DNA of 64,000 bases. It comes from a bacterium. Its GTDB lineage: Bacteria > Patescibacteriota > Minisyncoccia > Phycocordibacterales > VMGT01. Each line of letters starts with the position of its first letter. Position 1 is the stretch's first letter. The stretch covers positions 76,017 through 140,016 of the forward strand of contig JAUYPI010000006.1 of NCBI GenBank assembly GCA_030697645.1, read 5' to 3'. A program made the translations under genes and the position numbers. Below, piece by piece: positions 37,776-47,894 of the stretch. Under the pieces are notes generated by a model. The model was not told the origin of the DNA. It ran no database searches and saw only the letters and a list, made by a program, of their open reading frames with translations.

Positions 37776-39302
37776 CTACGAGCTCGCATGGTGCCCCAGC
37801 GCCGCGCGGATTTTGCGCTTGGCGAGGCCGGTTTTCACAAAGGCGAGCCACTTCCGCGTCGGCCGGGCGAATTCTCGGGTCTCGATCTCGACGATGTCGC
37901 CGTTGTGAAGTGCGGTGTCAAGTGAGACAAGCTTACCATTTACTTTGACGCCCGAGGCGTGGTCTCCGATTTCAGAGTGAATTGCATAGGCGAAGTCAAG
38001 GGGCCCGGCGCCAAGCGGCAGATCAACCACGTCGCCCTGCGGCGTGAAGACGAACACGCGGTGACTGAAGAAATCGGCTCGGAGGTGCTCGAGAAATTCT
38101 TTCGGGTCGCTGACGTCGGCTTGCGCCTCCGCGAGCTCGCGGAGCCACTCAGGGGTCGCGGGGCTCGCTACGGCGAGCGACGGTTCGTTCGCGCGCGCGT
38201 TTTGGAACCAGTAGCGGTATGAGAGGCGCTGTCCGATCCACGCGAGATGCGTGAGAAGCGAGCGGCTGTCGCCGCCTTCCTTGTAGAGAAAGTGCGAGGC
38301 GATCCCGTATTCCGCTCTCCGATGCATCTCCTCGGTGCGGATTTGAATCTCGACAACGCCGCCGCCCCCTGTGAAGATCGTGGTGTGGAGTGAGCGATAG
38401 CCGTTCGGCTTCGGGAACGCGATGTAGTCTTTGATGCGCCCCGGGAGCGGCCGCCATGTTTTGTGGACAATCCCGAGCGCGCGGTAGCAGTCCTCAACCG
38501 TGGGTACGATGATCCGGAGCGCTGAGATGTCGTACACTTTGTTGATATCCATGTCTTTGCGCTCGAGCTTGCGAAAGAGGGAATAGAGCCCCTTCAGCCG
38601 GAATGACGTCTGTGCCTCGCGGATGCCATCGAGCGCGAGATTTTTTTGGAGCGTCCGATGCACCCCTCTGAGGTGTGCTGCGGTTTCGGCGTCTTTTTCC
38701 TTGAGCAGCGCCGTTACGTGCTCGTACTCTTTCGGGTAGACGAAGGGAAAGGCGAGGTCCTCGAGGTCGCGGTTCAGCGCCCGCATGCCGAGGCGGTAAG
38801 CGAGCGGCGCGTAGATCTCGAGCGTCTCCTCGGCGATGCGTCGGCGTTTGTGTGCCGGCACATGCTCGAGCGTTTGCATGTTGTGCAGGCGATCCGCGAA
38901 CTTGATGATGAGGACGCGGATATCGCGCGCGACCGCGACAAAGAGCTTGCGCAGGCTCTCGACGTGGCGCGTCAGGCCGCGGTATTTGAGGGTCCCGAGC
39001 TTCGTGACCCCTTCAACGAGCGAGAGTATCTCGTCGCCAAATTCCGCGCGTACATCCTCAGCGGTCGCCGGCGTGTCCTCGATCACGTCGTGGAGGAGCC
39101 CCGCGGCGATCGTCTTCGCGCCCATGCCGAACTCGGCGAGTGTCTTTGCCACGGCAAAGACATGCGTGAAGTACGGCTCGCCAGAGAAACGCAGATGTCC
39201 CTCATGCGAGCGCTCCGCAAACCCGTAGGCCTTCTCAATGAGCGCGACGTCGTCTTTCGACGGTTCGCGTATGAGGGAAGTTATGTCCTTGACAGATGGC
39301 AT
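37776..39302 (-). CDS. RelA/SpoT-family protein (HD, synthetase, TGS)
   Basis: SGEPY, LLHDVIEDT, ADRLHNM, KDYIAFPKPNGYRSLH, EIQIRT, TGS DFAYAIH. Confidence 0.93.
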   Translation of the reverse strand: MPSVKDITSLIREPSKDDVALIEKAYGFAERSHEGHLRFSGEPYFTHVFAVAKTLAEFGMGAKTIAAGLLHDVIEDTPATAEDVRAEFGDEILSLVEGVTKLGTLKYRGLTRHVESLRKLFVAVARDIRVLIIKFADRLHNMQTLEHVPAHKRRRIAEETLEIYAPLAYRLGMRALNRDLEDLAFPFVYPKEYEHVTALLKEKDAETAAHLRGVHRTLQKNLALDGIREAQTSFRLKGLYSLFRKLERKDMDINKVYDISALRIIVPTVEDCYRALGIVHKTWRPLPGRIKDYIAFPKPNGYRSLHTTIFTGGGGVVEIQIRTEEMHRRAEYGIASHFLYKEGGDSRSLLTHLAWIGQRLSYRYWFQNARANEPSLAVASPATPEWLRELAEAQADVSDPKEFLEHLRADFFSHRVFVFTPQGDVVDLPLGAGPLDFAYAIHSEIGDHASGVKVNGKLVSLDTALHNGDIVEIETREFARPTRKWLAFVKTGLAKRKIRAALGHHASS

Positions 39303-39317
39303 AGGGGCAGCACACTC

Positions 39318-39395
39318 ATGTAACATTTGACATGTAACATTTGACACGACGACGGGCGTTCTAGGTCAAATGTCAACGGTCAATTGTCAAATGTT
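39318..39395. repeat. Heptamer-periodic palindromic element (TGTCAAA flavour)
   Basis: TGTAACATTTGACA x2, loop CACGACGACGGGCG, then GTCAAATGTCAACGGTCAATTGTCAAATGTT. Confidence 0.8.
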
Positions 39396-39419
39396 CGACC
39401 GGACTTAGCCCCCTGCTGC

Positions 39420-41669
39420 TTATTGCTCGTTGCCTGTTGCTCGTCCGCCCGGCCGGTGATTTGCACACTCTTTATTACTGCAGCGCTCAGGAATGGTTTT
39501 CGTCCCCTCCATCATGAGTGAGCCGCAGAGGGGGCAGATGCGGCCGGTTGGTTTTGCTTTGATTGCATGTTTGCACGCGGGGTAGTTTGAACAGCCGTAG
39601 AAGAGTCCGAATTTCCCGCGCCGCTCCGCCATCTCGCCCTTGCCGCATTTTGGACAAGGAACGCCCGTGCTTGTCGCTTGCTGCGTGCTGCTTGCCGCCT
39701 TTTTAATATACTTGCACTTCGGATACTTGCCGCACCCAACAAACTTTCCAAATTTTCCATCGCGTTCGACAAGCGCGCCGCCGCACTCGGGGCAGCGCTC
39801 GCCGGTCTCCTGGGGCGGCTTCACCTCCTCGCCGTGCTCCGACCGCGCGCCTTCGCATTCGGGAAACCTGCTACAGCTCATGAACGTGCCGGAGCGGCTG
39901 AGCTTCATCACCATGGCGCTCCCGCAGGTCGGGCAGCGAAATTGCTTTGGTGCGGGACCGAGATCCGTGAGCCGCGGGACGTTCTGTCTTGCCGCGACGT
40001 CCTTGCTAAACGGCGTGTAGAAATCGGCAAGCGTCTTGGCATACTCGCGCGCTCCGCGCGCGATATCGTCGAGTTCATCCTCCATCTTCGAGGTGAAGGT
40101 ATCGCTTATGTAGGAGGCAAAATTTTTCTCGAGGAACGTGCTTACGACATCGCCCATCGCGGTGGGCTTCAGTGACCGGCCTTCTTTCTCGACGTATTCG
40201 CGATCCTGGATCGTCTTGATGATGGAGGCGTATGTCGAAGGCCTGCCGATGCCGCGTTTTTCAAGTTCCTTCACGAGCCCCGCTTCGCTGTAGCGTGGCG
40301 GGGGCTGCGTTTGTTTGCCCTCGCTCTCGAGCGAGCGGAGAGTGAGTGGTTCCTCGCGAGCGACTTTCGGAAGCTCGATGTCCTCGCCGCGCGAGGCCGG
40401 GTCCGCGGCGAGCCAGCCGTCAAATTTTGTGCGGGAGCCAATGGCAGAAAATGCGGGAACGTCTTTTGCTTCTATGGGTACTGCGACGCGCGCCGTAATT
40501 TTCGTCTTGATGAGCTCGGCCGCGGCCATCTGGCTTGCGAGCGTACGTGCGCGGATCAGCGCGTAGAGGCGTTTTTGCTCTTCGGTAGCGCCTGCGGATG
40601 CGCGCGTGATGTCCGTCGGACGGATCGCCTCGTGCGCTTCCTGCGCGCTTTTGCTCGTGGTTTTATACTGTCGCAGCGTGACATACCGCTCGCCGAATTT
40701 CTTGGTGACAGCTGCGCCGATTGAGCTCCGGGCTTCCTCTGCGAGCGTCGTCGAATCGGTGCGCATGTAGGTGATGTGCCCCTGCTCATAGAGCTGCTGC
40801 GCAGTGCGCATGGTGCGCGCCGGGGAGAAGCCGAGCCGCGAGCTTGCGGCCTGCTGGAGGGTCGAGGTCGTGAACGGAGAGCGCGGGGCCCGAGACGTTT
40901 CCGTCTCGAGTACCTCGGCGACAATCCAGCTGCCGCTGCGGCCGACTTTGAGTATTCGCTCCGCCTCCTCGCGGGTCTTTGGCTCCTCGACGCACACGAG
41001 CGTCATGCCACTCCCTTTTTTTGTCGCACAGAGCGCGGTGAGCACCCAGTAGTTCTCCGGCACGAACGCGCGGATCTCTCGCTCGCGCTCGACGAGAATA
41101 CGCAGGGCAGGGGACTGCACTCGGCCTGCCGAGAGCCCGTAGCGGAGCTTCTTCCAGAGTAGGCCCGAGAGGTCGTAGCCGACGAGGCGGTCGAGGACTC
41201 TGCGCGCCTCCTGCGCCCTGACGAGCCGCTCGTCAATATCTCGCGGATGCGCGAGCGCTTCTTTCACTGCGCGCTCCGTAATTTCGTGGAAGACCACACG
41301 TTTAACGTTTGGAATTTGGAATTTGGAATTTGGAATTTGTTTGGAGCTTGTTTTTTGGAATTTGGAATTTCCGAGGCCGAGCGCCTCGGCGACGTGCCAC
41401 GCGATCGCCTCGCCCTCTCGATCCGGGTCGGTCGCAAGCAGCACTTCGTCCGCTTTTTTTGCTGCAGCTTTGAGATCGGCGATAACTTTTGTTTTCTCCG
41501 GGATGATTTCGTAGTGCGGCGCGAATCCGTGCGCAATGTCCACCGCGTTTTCATTCTTCTTCGGCAGATCACGCACATGGCCCACCGAGGCCTTGACGCT
41601 GTAGCCCGGCCCCAGGTATTTGCTGATCGTTTTCGATTTTGCAGGAGATTCGACGATGACGAGTTTCAT
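39420..41669 (-). CDS. topA: DNA topoisomerase I with C-terminal zinc ribbons
   Basis: IVESPAK, ATDPDREGE, SAGRVQ, ITYMRTDS, GIGRPST. Confidence 0.96.
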   Translation of the reverse strand: MKLVIVESPAKSKTISKYLGPGYSVKASVGHVRDLPKKNENAVDIAHGFAPHYEIIPEKTKVIADLKAAAKKADEVLLATDPDREGEAIAWHVAEALGLGNSKFQKTSSKQIPNSKFQIPNVKRVVFHEITERAVKEALAHPRDIDERLVRAQEARRVLDRLVGYDLSGLLWKKLRYGLSAGRVQSPALRILVEREREIRAFVPENYWVLTALCATKKGSGMTLVCVEEPKTREEAERILKVGRSGSWIVAEVLETETSRAPRSPFTTSTLQQAASSRLGFSPARTMRTAQQLYEQGHITYMRTDSTTLAEEARSSIGAAVTKKFGERYVTLRQYKTTSKSAQEAHEAIRPTDITRASAGATEEQKRLYALIRARTLASQMAAAELIKTKITARVAVPIEAKDVPAFSAIGSRTKFDGWLAADPASRGEDIELPKVAREEPLTLRSLESEGKQTQPPPRYSEAGLVKELEKRGIGRPSTYASIIKTIQDREYVEKEGRSLKPTAMGDVVSTFLEKNFASYISDTFTSKMEDELDDIARGAREYAKTLADFYTPFSKDVAARQNVPRLTDLGPAPKQFRCPTCGSAMVMKLSRSGTFMSCSRFPECEGARSEHGEEVKPPQETGERCPECGGALVERDGKFGKFVGCGKYPKCKYIKKAASSTQQATSTGVPCPKCGKGEMAERRGKFGLFYGCSNYPACKHAIKAKPTGRICPLCGSLMMEGTKTIPERCSNKECANHRPGGRATGNEQ
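41307..41371 (-). repeat. Heptamer arm inserted in frame in topA
   Basis: (TTGGAAT)n on the plus strand encoding NSKFQKTSSKQIPNSKFQIPN. Confidence 0.85.
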
Positions 41670-41670
41670 A

Positions 41671-41747
41671 CGAGCAGTATGCAGCGTGCAGCAGGCAGTA
41701 AGCAAGCGTCGTGTGCTTGCTGCATGCTGCTAATCGCTTGCTGCTTG
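41671..41747. repeat. Heptamer-periodic palindromic element (GCAGCAA flavour)
   Basis: GCAGTATGCAGCGTGCAGCAGGCAGTAAGCAAG, loop CGTCGTGTG, CTTGCTGCATGCTGCTAATCGCTTGCTGC. Confidence 0.8.
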
Positions 41748-41841
41748 TAACAATTACTACAGTTCCTTCGCCTTGGCAAATAAATAAAGTCTCCGACCAC
41801 AGACGTTTGTGATCGGAGACGCATATACGGAAGTCGCTGGT

Positions 41842-42087
41842 TCACTTGATCTCGGCTGCCTCCTCATTTTTTTGGTCGAATTCATGCGCAGCCGCGAGGG
41901 CCATACCGAGAAAAGTGAATCCGAAAATGAAACAGCCTATGACCATGAACGGACTCATGGGCCAAAAACTTGAGAAGTAACCTACTACTGATGTGGCGAC
42001 ACTCACGAAAAATATGCTACAGGACGCCAGGACGAGCGTCTTGTACAGGTCTACCCCACAGTGCGAACACGAGCGGTCTTTCATCAC
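41842..42087 (-). CDS. Small two-TM protein with N-terminal CxxC
   Basis: GGAGG RBS, CSHCG, two hydrophobic helices. Confidence 0.55.
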   Translation of the reverse strand: MMKDRSCSHCGVDLYKTLVLASCSIFFVSVATSVVGYFSSFWPMSPFMVIGCFIFGFTFLGMALAAAHEFDQKNEEAAEIK

Positions 42088-42185
42088 AAACCCTCCGGAG
42101 TTGTTGCATATATATTGGGCGCACGGTGTTGCTTGGATGCTTCTTCTGGCAATGAGTAAATCATCTATGCTACCATTGTGTCAAC

Positions 42186-43133
42186 ATGACGCCAATCATC
42201 GAAGTCGAACACCTTATCAAACGCTACCGGAAAGCCACCAAAAACGCCGTGGATGATATTTCGTTCTCGGTCGCGGAGGGCGAGTTTTTTGCCCTCCTCG
42301 GGCCAAACGGGGCGGGGAAGACGACGACGATCTCTGTCCTTACGACGACGCTCGCCAAAACCTCGGGTCGGGTGTTGATTGCGGGCTTTGACCTCGAGCG
42401 CGACGAGCACGCGATCCGCCGCGCCTCCGGCGTGGTTTTCCAGGGCTCCTGCGTGGATCTCAACCTCACGGCGGAGGAGAACATCCGTTTCCACGCATTT
42501 CTCTACGGGCTCTATCCGTTTCGTCCGCTCTACGCGCTGATGCCGCGCAGCTATCGCGCCCGGGTGCATGAGCTCGCCGAGCTCATGGGAATTACCGCGG
42601 CTCTTTTTCAGCCGATGCACACCTTCTCCGGCGGCATGCGTCGCAAGCTCGAGCTCGTACGCTCTCTGATGCACCGCCCCAAGGTGCTCTTTCTCGACGA
42701 GCCGACTGCGGGGCTTGATCCCCTAAGCCGCCGCGCGCTCTGGAGCTATCTCGCCGACATCCGCAAGCGCGAGCGCGTCACGATACTTCTCACGACGCAC
42801 TACCTCGAGGAGGCAGAGAGCGCTGACAACGTCGCGATCATCAACGATGGAAAAATCGTTACGTACGGAACGCCGAAAGAGCTCACGCGCACCCTGCTCG
42901 GGGACACGCTTATTGTAGACGCCGTTGACCGCGGCTCTCTCCGTAGCGCGCTTCTAAAATTCACCAACCGCGTGAGCGAAACGCCGCCGTTTCGCGTTGC
43001 TTTGAGTAAGGACCTACGTGCGCAAGACGTCGTCCGTTCGCTCTCTGTGGAGCTGACGCTATTCGATATTGAACGGCCGACGCTGGAAGACGCATATCTT
43101 AAAATTATTGGGAGCGATACAGATGCGTCATGA
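42186..43133 (+). CDS. ABC-2 exporter ATP-binding protein (DrrA-like)
   Basis: GPNGAGKTT, FSGGMRR, LDEPTAGLD, TTHYLEEA. Confidence 0.92.
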   Translation: MTPIIEVEHLIKRYRKATKNAVDDISFSVAEGEFFALLGPNGAGKTTTISVLTTTLAKTSGRVLIAGFDLERDEHAIRRASGVVFQGSCVDLNLTAEENIRFHAFLYGLYPFRPLYALMPRSYRARVHELAELMGITAALFQPMHTFSGGMRRKLELVRSLMHRPKVLFLDEPTAGLDPLSRRALWSYLADIRKRERVTILLTTHYLEEAESADNVAIINDGKIVTYGTPKELTRTLLGDTLIVDAVDRGSLRSALLKFTNRVSETPPFRVALSKDLRAQDVVRSLSVELTLFDIERPTLEDAYLKIIGSDTDAS

Positions 43134-43137
43134 TTAC

Positions 43138-43266
43138 GAATGTCAAAGTTCAAAACGCAAGCAAAGTCAAAAGTCAAAACGCAAAAGTCAAAACCGCAGC
43201 CTCAAAGTCAAAAGTTTGAAAGGTTTTAGGCTGTGGTTTTGAGCTTTGACTTTTGCGTTTTGACTT
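43138..43266. repeat. Heptamer-periodic palindromic element (GTCAAAA flavour)
   Basis: AAGTCAAAACGCAAAAGTCAAAACCGCAGCCT versus AGGCTGTGGTTTTGAGCTTTGACTTTTGCGTTTTGACTT. Confidence 0.85.
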
Positions 43267-43316
43267 GGCTTGTAGCAATGCTCAGGATTATAGCGCGCGC
43301 CTGTACCGTCTTTACC

Positions 43317-44099
43317 ATGCTATTTCACTTTAATGCTATTGTCGCCATTGCCTTCCGCGACCTCACGAAGCTCTTTCGAGACCGAATCCGTCTCGTGGCT
43401 TCATTTGTGTTCCCGTTCATGTTTATCGGGGTCCTTGGTGGCGGGCTCAATGCGAGCTTCGGCGATCGGCTCGGGTTTCAATTTTTGCCGTTTGTGTTTG
43501 TTGGCGTTCTCGCGCAGACGATGTTCCAGTCCTCTGCCGCGGGCGTGATCTCTCTCATCCGCGACCGTGAGACAGACTTCAGCAAGGAGCTTTTCGTGGC
43601 ACCGATTTCTCGCTACGGCATCGTGCTTGGAAAAATCATCGGGGAATCGCTCGTCTCGCTCACGCAGGGAGTGGGTATTGTCGCGTTCGGGCTCATTATC
43701 GGTGTGCCGATTACACTCGCCGCGCTCGCCGCGATGGCGCCGGTTGCGTTCATTTCGGCGCTTTTTGGCGGCGCGTTCGGCATACTCGTGCTCGGCAACG
43801 TCCGCGAGCAGCGCACAACTGCTCAGCTCTTCCCATTTCTCATCTTCCCGCAGTTCATCCTCGCCGGCGTTTTCAACCCAATCAAGGATCTGCCTCCGGT
43901 GGCCGCGTGGCTCTCGCGGATCACGCCGATGACCTACCCCGTTGATCTCATGCGCGGCGTGTTCTACTCGGGCAGTACCGAGAGAGTCTTTGCAGTAAGC
44001 AGGCACCCACTCGCAAATATCACAATCATCGTCGTGCTGTTCGGAGTGTTTCTTCTCCTCGGCACGTGGCTTTTTGTCAGGAAGGAGAGAGAACGATGA
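43317..44099 (+). CDS. ABC-2 permease
   Basis: Six TM helices; DRETDFSKELFVAPISR..LGK; PMTYPVD. Confidence 0.9.
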   Translation: MLFHFNAIVAIAFRDLTKLFRDRIRLVASFVFPFMFIGVLGGGLNASFGDRLGFQFLPFVFVGVLAQTMFQSSAAGVISLIRDRETDFSKELFVAPISRYGIVLGKIIGESLVSLTQGVGIVAFGLIIGVPITLAALAAMAPVAFISALFGGAFGILVLGNVREQRTTAQLFPFLIFPQFILAGVFNPIKDLPPVAAWLSRITPMTYPVDLMRGVFYSGSTERVFAVSRHPLANITIIVVLFGVFLLLGTWLFVRKERER

Positions 44100-44112
44100 C
44101 AGAGGACGCGCC

Positions 44113-44234
44113 TGCACGAAATCAGAAGCACGAAGCTCGAAATCCGAAACAATATCGAAATCACTGCCTGCGGCAGGCAGGCAAATGCTCAAAACAAAAA
44201 TGCAAAAATTAAAATTACAATTCAATATGCAAAA
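44113..44234 (+). repeat. Composite heptamer left arms with nested CTGCCTGCGGCAGGCAG palindrome
   Basis: GCACGAAATCAGAAGCACGAAGCTCGAAATCCGAAAC..AAAATGCAAAAATTAAAATTACAATTCAATATGCAAAAT. Confidence 0.7.
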
Positions 44235-45204
44235 TGTGCTTATTGTTGGCCTCTCGTTCGGTGTGGTCGTCTTGCTCGTGGTGACTGCCCGCGCGGAGCA
44301 CCAACGCAGAAAAGAGGTGCTCCTCCAAAAGAGTACGGCGCTTGAGAGCGTGGTTGCTACAACGACCCTCCCGAGTCCTTTTTCCTCTCTCGCGCTTGAT
44401 GCGCGCGCGGCGATTGTCTGGGACGTCGCTCTAGCCCGTCCGCTCTACAGCCGAAATGCCGACGCACAGCTGCCGCTTGCCTCGCTCACGAAGCTCATGA
44501 CCGTGCTTCTCGCGCATGAGCGTATATCGCCTCCGGTGACACTCACCATCGCGCCGTCCGCTCTCGCACCTGAGGGCGACAACGGGCTTTTCCCGGAGGA
44601 AGAGTGGCGGCTACGCGACCTCATAGGCTATACCTTGATCGTTTCCTCAAATGACGGTGCGCGAGCGCTTGCGGCTGCCGCGGGTAGCGTGGGCGGCATG
44701 GTGAGCGGGCCGTCGTCCGAGAGCAAGGCACTCGAGACATTCGTTACGGCAATGAATGAGCGCGCGATAGAGCTCGGGCTTACGCAAACGTACTTTCTCA
44801 ACGAGAGTGGGCTCGACACCTCCGAGGCGGTGAGCGGGGGATACGGATCCGCGCATGACGTTGCGCGGCTCCTCGCCGAAGCGCTCCATGAGATTCCAGC
44901 GGAGCTCGAAATGACACGCACGAAAGCTCTTGCCGTGCGCTCGCTCTCCGGCGTGGTACACGACGCGGAGAACACCAATGAGGTGGTAAACCGCATTCCG
45001 GCTTTGATCGGCGGCAAAACAGGCTACACCGATCTTGCGGGAGGAAACCTCGCCATCGTCTTTGATGCGGGGTTCGCACGGCCAATCGCCGTCGTCGTCC
45101 TGGGCTCAACACAGGCCGGGCGGTTTAGCGACGTCGAGCGGCTTGTGTGGGCGACGCTGGAGTATCTCAAAGTGTGCACCGCAGAACAAACGATATGCAT
45201 ATAA
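44227..45204 (+). CDS. D-alanyl-D-alanine carboxypeptidase (peptidase S11)
   Basis: ASLTKLMT, SSND, GGKTG motifs; N-terminal TM helix. Confidence 0.9.
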   Translation: MQNVLIVGLSFGVVVLLVVTARAEHQRRKEVLLQKSTALESVVATTTLPSPFSSLALDARAAIVWDVALARPLYSRNADAQLPLASLTKLMTVLLAHERISPPVTLTIAPSALAPEGDNGLFPEEEWRLRDLIGYTLIVSSNDGARALAAAAGSVGGMVSGPSSESKALETFVTAMNERAIELGLTQTYFLNESGLDTSEAVSGGYGSAHDVARLLAEALHEIPAELEMTRTKALAVRSLSGVVHDAENTNEVVNRIPALIGGKTGYTDLAGGNLAIVFDAGFARPIAVVVLGSTQAGRFSDVERLVWATLEYLKVCTAEQTICI

Positions 45205-45232
45205 TCCCCGTCAGGGGCATAGGTCACCCGCA

Positions 45233-45360
45233 TTAATTTTCAATTTTGCAATTTTCAATGAATTTTCAATGTGTCAATGACTCAATGGCGGACGACGTCG
45301 TGTTTGAAAATTGTGTCATTGCAAAATTGATTGAAAATTGAAAATTGAACATTGGAAATT
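45233..45360. repeat. Heptamer-periodic palindromic element (TTTTCAA flavour)
   Basis: AATTTTCAATTTTGCAATTTTCAATG..GACGACGTCGTGTTT..CATTGCAAAATTGATTGAAAATTGAAAATTG. Confidence 0.85.
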
Positions 45361-45414
45361 TCTGACTCAAATGGCCACTGATCTCTGGTCTTTCATGCTT
45401 ACTCTTTTGCCCTT

Positions 45415-46485
45415 ATGATAATAAATGTAGCTAAAGTCTTCCTTCCCGCCACCATTGCTTTCGCGATCGGTGTCGTGTTCGCGCCGCTCCTGGCACACTA
45501 CTTATACCGCTTTCGCATGTGGAAGAAGAGTGCGAAAGCGGTAGCGCTCGACGGCCGTGGTACGCCGATCTTTCACTCGCTCCACCGCGATAGGGAAACA
45601 TCGACGCCGAAACTTGGCGGCATCGTGATCTGGGGAAGCACGCTTGTGACAGTACTTCTCATCAGAATTGCCGAAGACGTCATTCCCTCAGCGCTCACGG
45701 CAAAACTTGAGTTCCTCAGTCGTTCGCAGACGTGGCTGCCACTCGTAACACTCCTCGTGGGGGCAACCATCGGTTTTATAGACGACATGCTTGATGTGCG
45801 GGGAGGCGGAAAGTACCTCGCTGGTGGACTTTCGCTCCGGATGCGGCTCGGTATCGTTGCTTTGACCGGACTCATCGGTGGGTGGTGGTTTTTCACGAAA
45901 CTTGGAGTCTCAAGCATCATAGTGCCGTTTGCCGGTGAGGTGATACTCGGCTGGCTCCTCGTGCCGCTCTTCATCATCGTTCTGCTCGCGATCTACTCAG
46001 GCGGCGTCATTGATGGTATTGATGGCCTTGCCGGCGGGGTGTTTGCGGCGATATTCGGCGCGTATGGTGGCATCGCGTTTTTTCAAAACCAGATTGACCT
46101 CGCGGCATTCTCGGCGGTCGTCGTTGGCGGCATTCTTGCTTTTCTCTGGTTTAACATTCCACCTGCTCGATTCTATATGTCCGAGACAGGCACCATGGGG
46201 CTTACCATGACGCTCGCGGTCGTCGCATTTCTCACCAAGGCCGTCGTCGTCTTGCCCATAATCGCTTTTCCGCTGCTTGCCACAACCGCCTCGGACGTGA
46301 TCCAGCTCGCTTCAAAGCGCTTCCGCGGAGGGAGAAAGGTGTTCCTTATCGCGCCAGTGCACCACCACTTCGAAGCCCTCGGCTGGCCGCCGTACAAAGT
46401 GACGATGCGTTACTGGGTGATTTCGGTCATCTGCGCGCTCCTTGGCATGATCGTGGCCCTCGTGGGGAACCAGGTCACGCTTTGA
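45415..46485 (+). CDS. mraY: Phospho-N-acetylmuramoyl-pentapeptide transferase
   Basis: TPKLGG, GFIDD, DGIDGLA, FNIPPA, APVHHHFE. Confidence 0.92.
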   Translation: MIINVAKVFLPATIAFAIGVVFAPLLAHYLYRFRMWKKSAKAVALDGRGTPIFHSLHRDRETSTPKLGGIVIWGSTLVTVLLIRIAEDVIPSALTAKLEFLSRSQTWLPLVTLLVGATIGFIDDMLDVRGGGKYLAGGLSLRMRLGIVALTGLIGGWWFFTKLGVSSIIVPFAGEVILGWLLVPLFIIVLLAIYSGGVIDGIDGLAGGVFAAIFGAYGGIAFFQNQIDLAAFSAVVVGGILAFLWFNIPPARFYMSETGTMGLTMTLAVVAFLTKAVVVLPIIAFPLLATTASDVIQLASKRFRGGRKVFLIAPVHHHFEALGWPPYKVTMRYWVISVICALLGMIVALVGNQVTL

Positions 46486-46641
46486 ATTTTCAATTTTCAA
46501 TGCTCAATTTTCAATAAATTTTCAATCCGCCAGCTGGCGGACCCAATGGCTCAATGACGAATCACGGACGAACGTCAGCGTGTTTGAAAATTGATTCATT
46601 GCAAAATTGATTGAAAATTGGAAAATTGATAATTGAAAATT
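46484..46641. repeat. Heptamer-periodic palindromic element (TTTTCAA flavour) with nested TCCGCCAGCTGGCGGA
   Basis: Right arm near-identical to 45300-45350. Confidence 0.85.
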
Positions 46642-46707
46642 CAGACTCGATATTTTACGTTTTACGCACAGCAGTTTTGGTGTTTTGAATCTTATCGAGT
46701 CCACTTT

Positions 46708-47814
46708 ATGCCCCGTCTCACCTTCGCCAAACCCGACTCTTTTTTCATCGCGATTCTTGTCTCGCTTACGCTCGCGGGCTTTTTCATATTTATTTCGGCT
46801 TCCCTCGGGCTTCTCGCGCGAGGAGGTGCTCCATTTGGAGCGGCGATAGTAAAGCAGCTTCTGCTCGGCATCGTAGTTGGTGGTGGGTGTTCTCTCGCCG
46901 CCACATACACCCCCTACGAGCGTTGGCGCAGATACTCCCCCTGGCTTTTTTTGGCCGCGCTTATTATCACCGCCCTCGTGTTTGTGCCCGGCGTCGGCTT
47001 TGAGCACGGCGGCGCACGGCGATGGATCGCCGTCGGCCCGCTGTCTTTTCAACCGGCAGAATTTTTGAAGTTCGCGTTCGTGCTCTACGCTGCGGCGTGG
47101 CTCGCCGCCCTCGACGAGCGGGGCAGGAAAACGGCCTTTGCTATGCTGCCGGTCTTTCTTATGCTCGCGGCGGTGGGAACGCTGCTCATTGCACAGCCGA
47201 ATACGAGCACGCTCGTCGTTATCATCGTTGCGGTTGCAGGAATGTGTATCGTTGCCGGTGTGCGCGCGCGTGACCTTGCGGCGCTTGCGGGTGTCGCGGC
47301 TGTAGGTATTATCGCGCTCATCATGCTGCGCCCCTATCTCTACGAGAGAATTCAGACGTTCCTTGATCCGTCCCGCGACGCGCTCGGCGCAAGCTATCAG
47401 ATTCAACAGTCCCTGATCGCGGTCGGGAGCGGCGGCGTCTTTGGCCGCGGCTTCGGGCAGAGCGTGCAAAAATTTGAGTATCTCCCCGAACCGATCGGCG
47501 ATTCCATCTTTGCGGTCGCAGCCGAGGAGTTCGGTTTTATCGGCGCGCTCATTTTGATTCTACTTTTCCTCGCTCTCGCCCTGCGCGGATTTCGAATCGC
47601 GGCGCATGCACCGGACAATTTTGGCTCCCTCGTCGTTACCGGCTTCATCATCCTCATCGTTTCGCAGTCATTTATGAATATCGGCGCCATGCTCGCCGTC
47701 TTGCCGCTCACCGGCACGCCGCTTATTTTCGTTTCAAAGGGCGGTACCGCCCTCTTGTTCGCGCTCGCCGAAGCAGGCATAATTGTTAATGTGTCGAGAC
47801 GTGCGAGAGGGTAG
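46708..47814 (+). CDS. ftsW: FtsW/RodA SEDS peptidoglycan polymerase
   Basis: GARRWI, FQPAEFLK, YQIQQS, YLPE..DSIF, PLTG.PL.FVS.GG. Confidence 0.9.
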   Translation: MPRLTFAKPDSFFIAILVSLTLAGFFIFISASLGLLARGGAPFGAAIVKQLLLGIVVGGGCSLAATYTPYERWRRYSPWLFLAALIITALVFVPGVGFEHGGARRWIAVGPLSFQPAEFLKFAFVLYAAAWLAALDERGRKTAFAMLPVFLMLAAVGTLLIAQPNTSTLVVIIVAVAGMCIVAGVRARDLAALAGVAAVGIIALIMLRPYLYERIQTFLDPSRDALGASYQIQQSLIAVGSGGVFGRGFGQSVQKFEYLPEPIGDSIFAVAAEEFGFIGALILILLFLALALRGFRIAAHAPDNFGSLVVTGFIILIVSQSFMNIGAMLAVLPLTGTPLIFVSKGGTALLFALAEAGIIVNVSRRARG

Positions 47815-47891
47815 AGGATAGAAAGTGGAGAGTGGATTTTTTACTCCCACACTCTACATTCTACTTTCCACTCTCTACTTTCCACTTTCCA
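47805..47891. repeat. Heptamer-periodic palindromic element (GTAGAGA/TCTACTT flavour)
   Basis: GAGGGTAGAGGATAGAAAGTGGAGAGTGGA versus CTCTACATTCTACTTTCCACTCTCTACTTTCCACTTTCC. Confidence 0.8.
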
Positions 47892-47894
47892 ACC

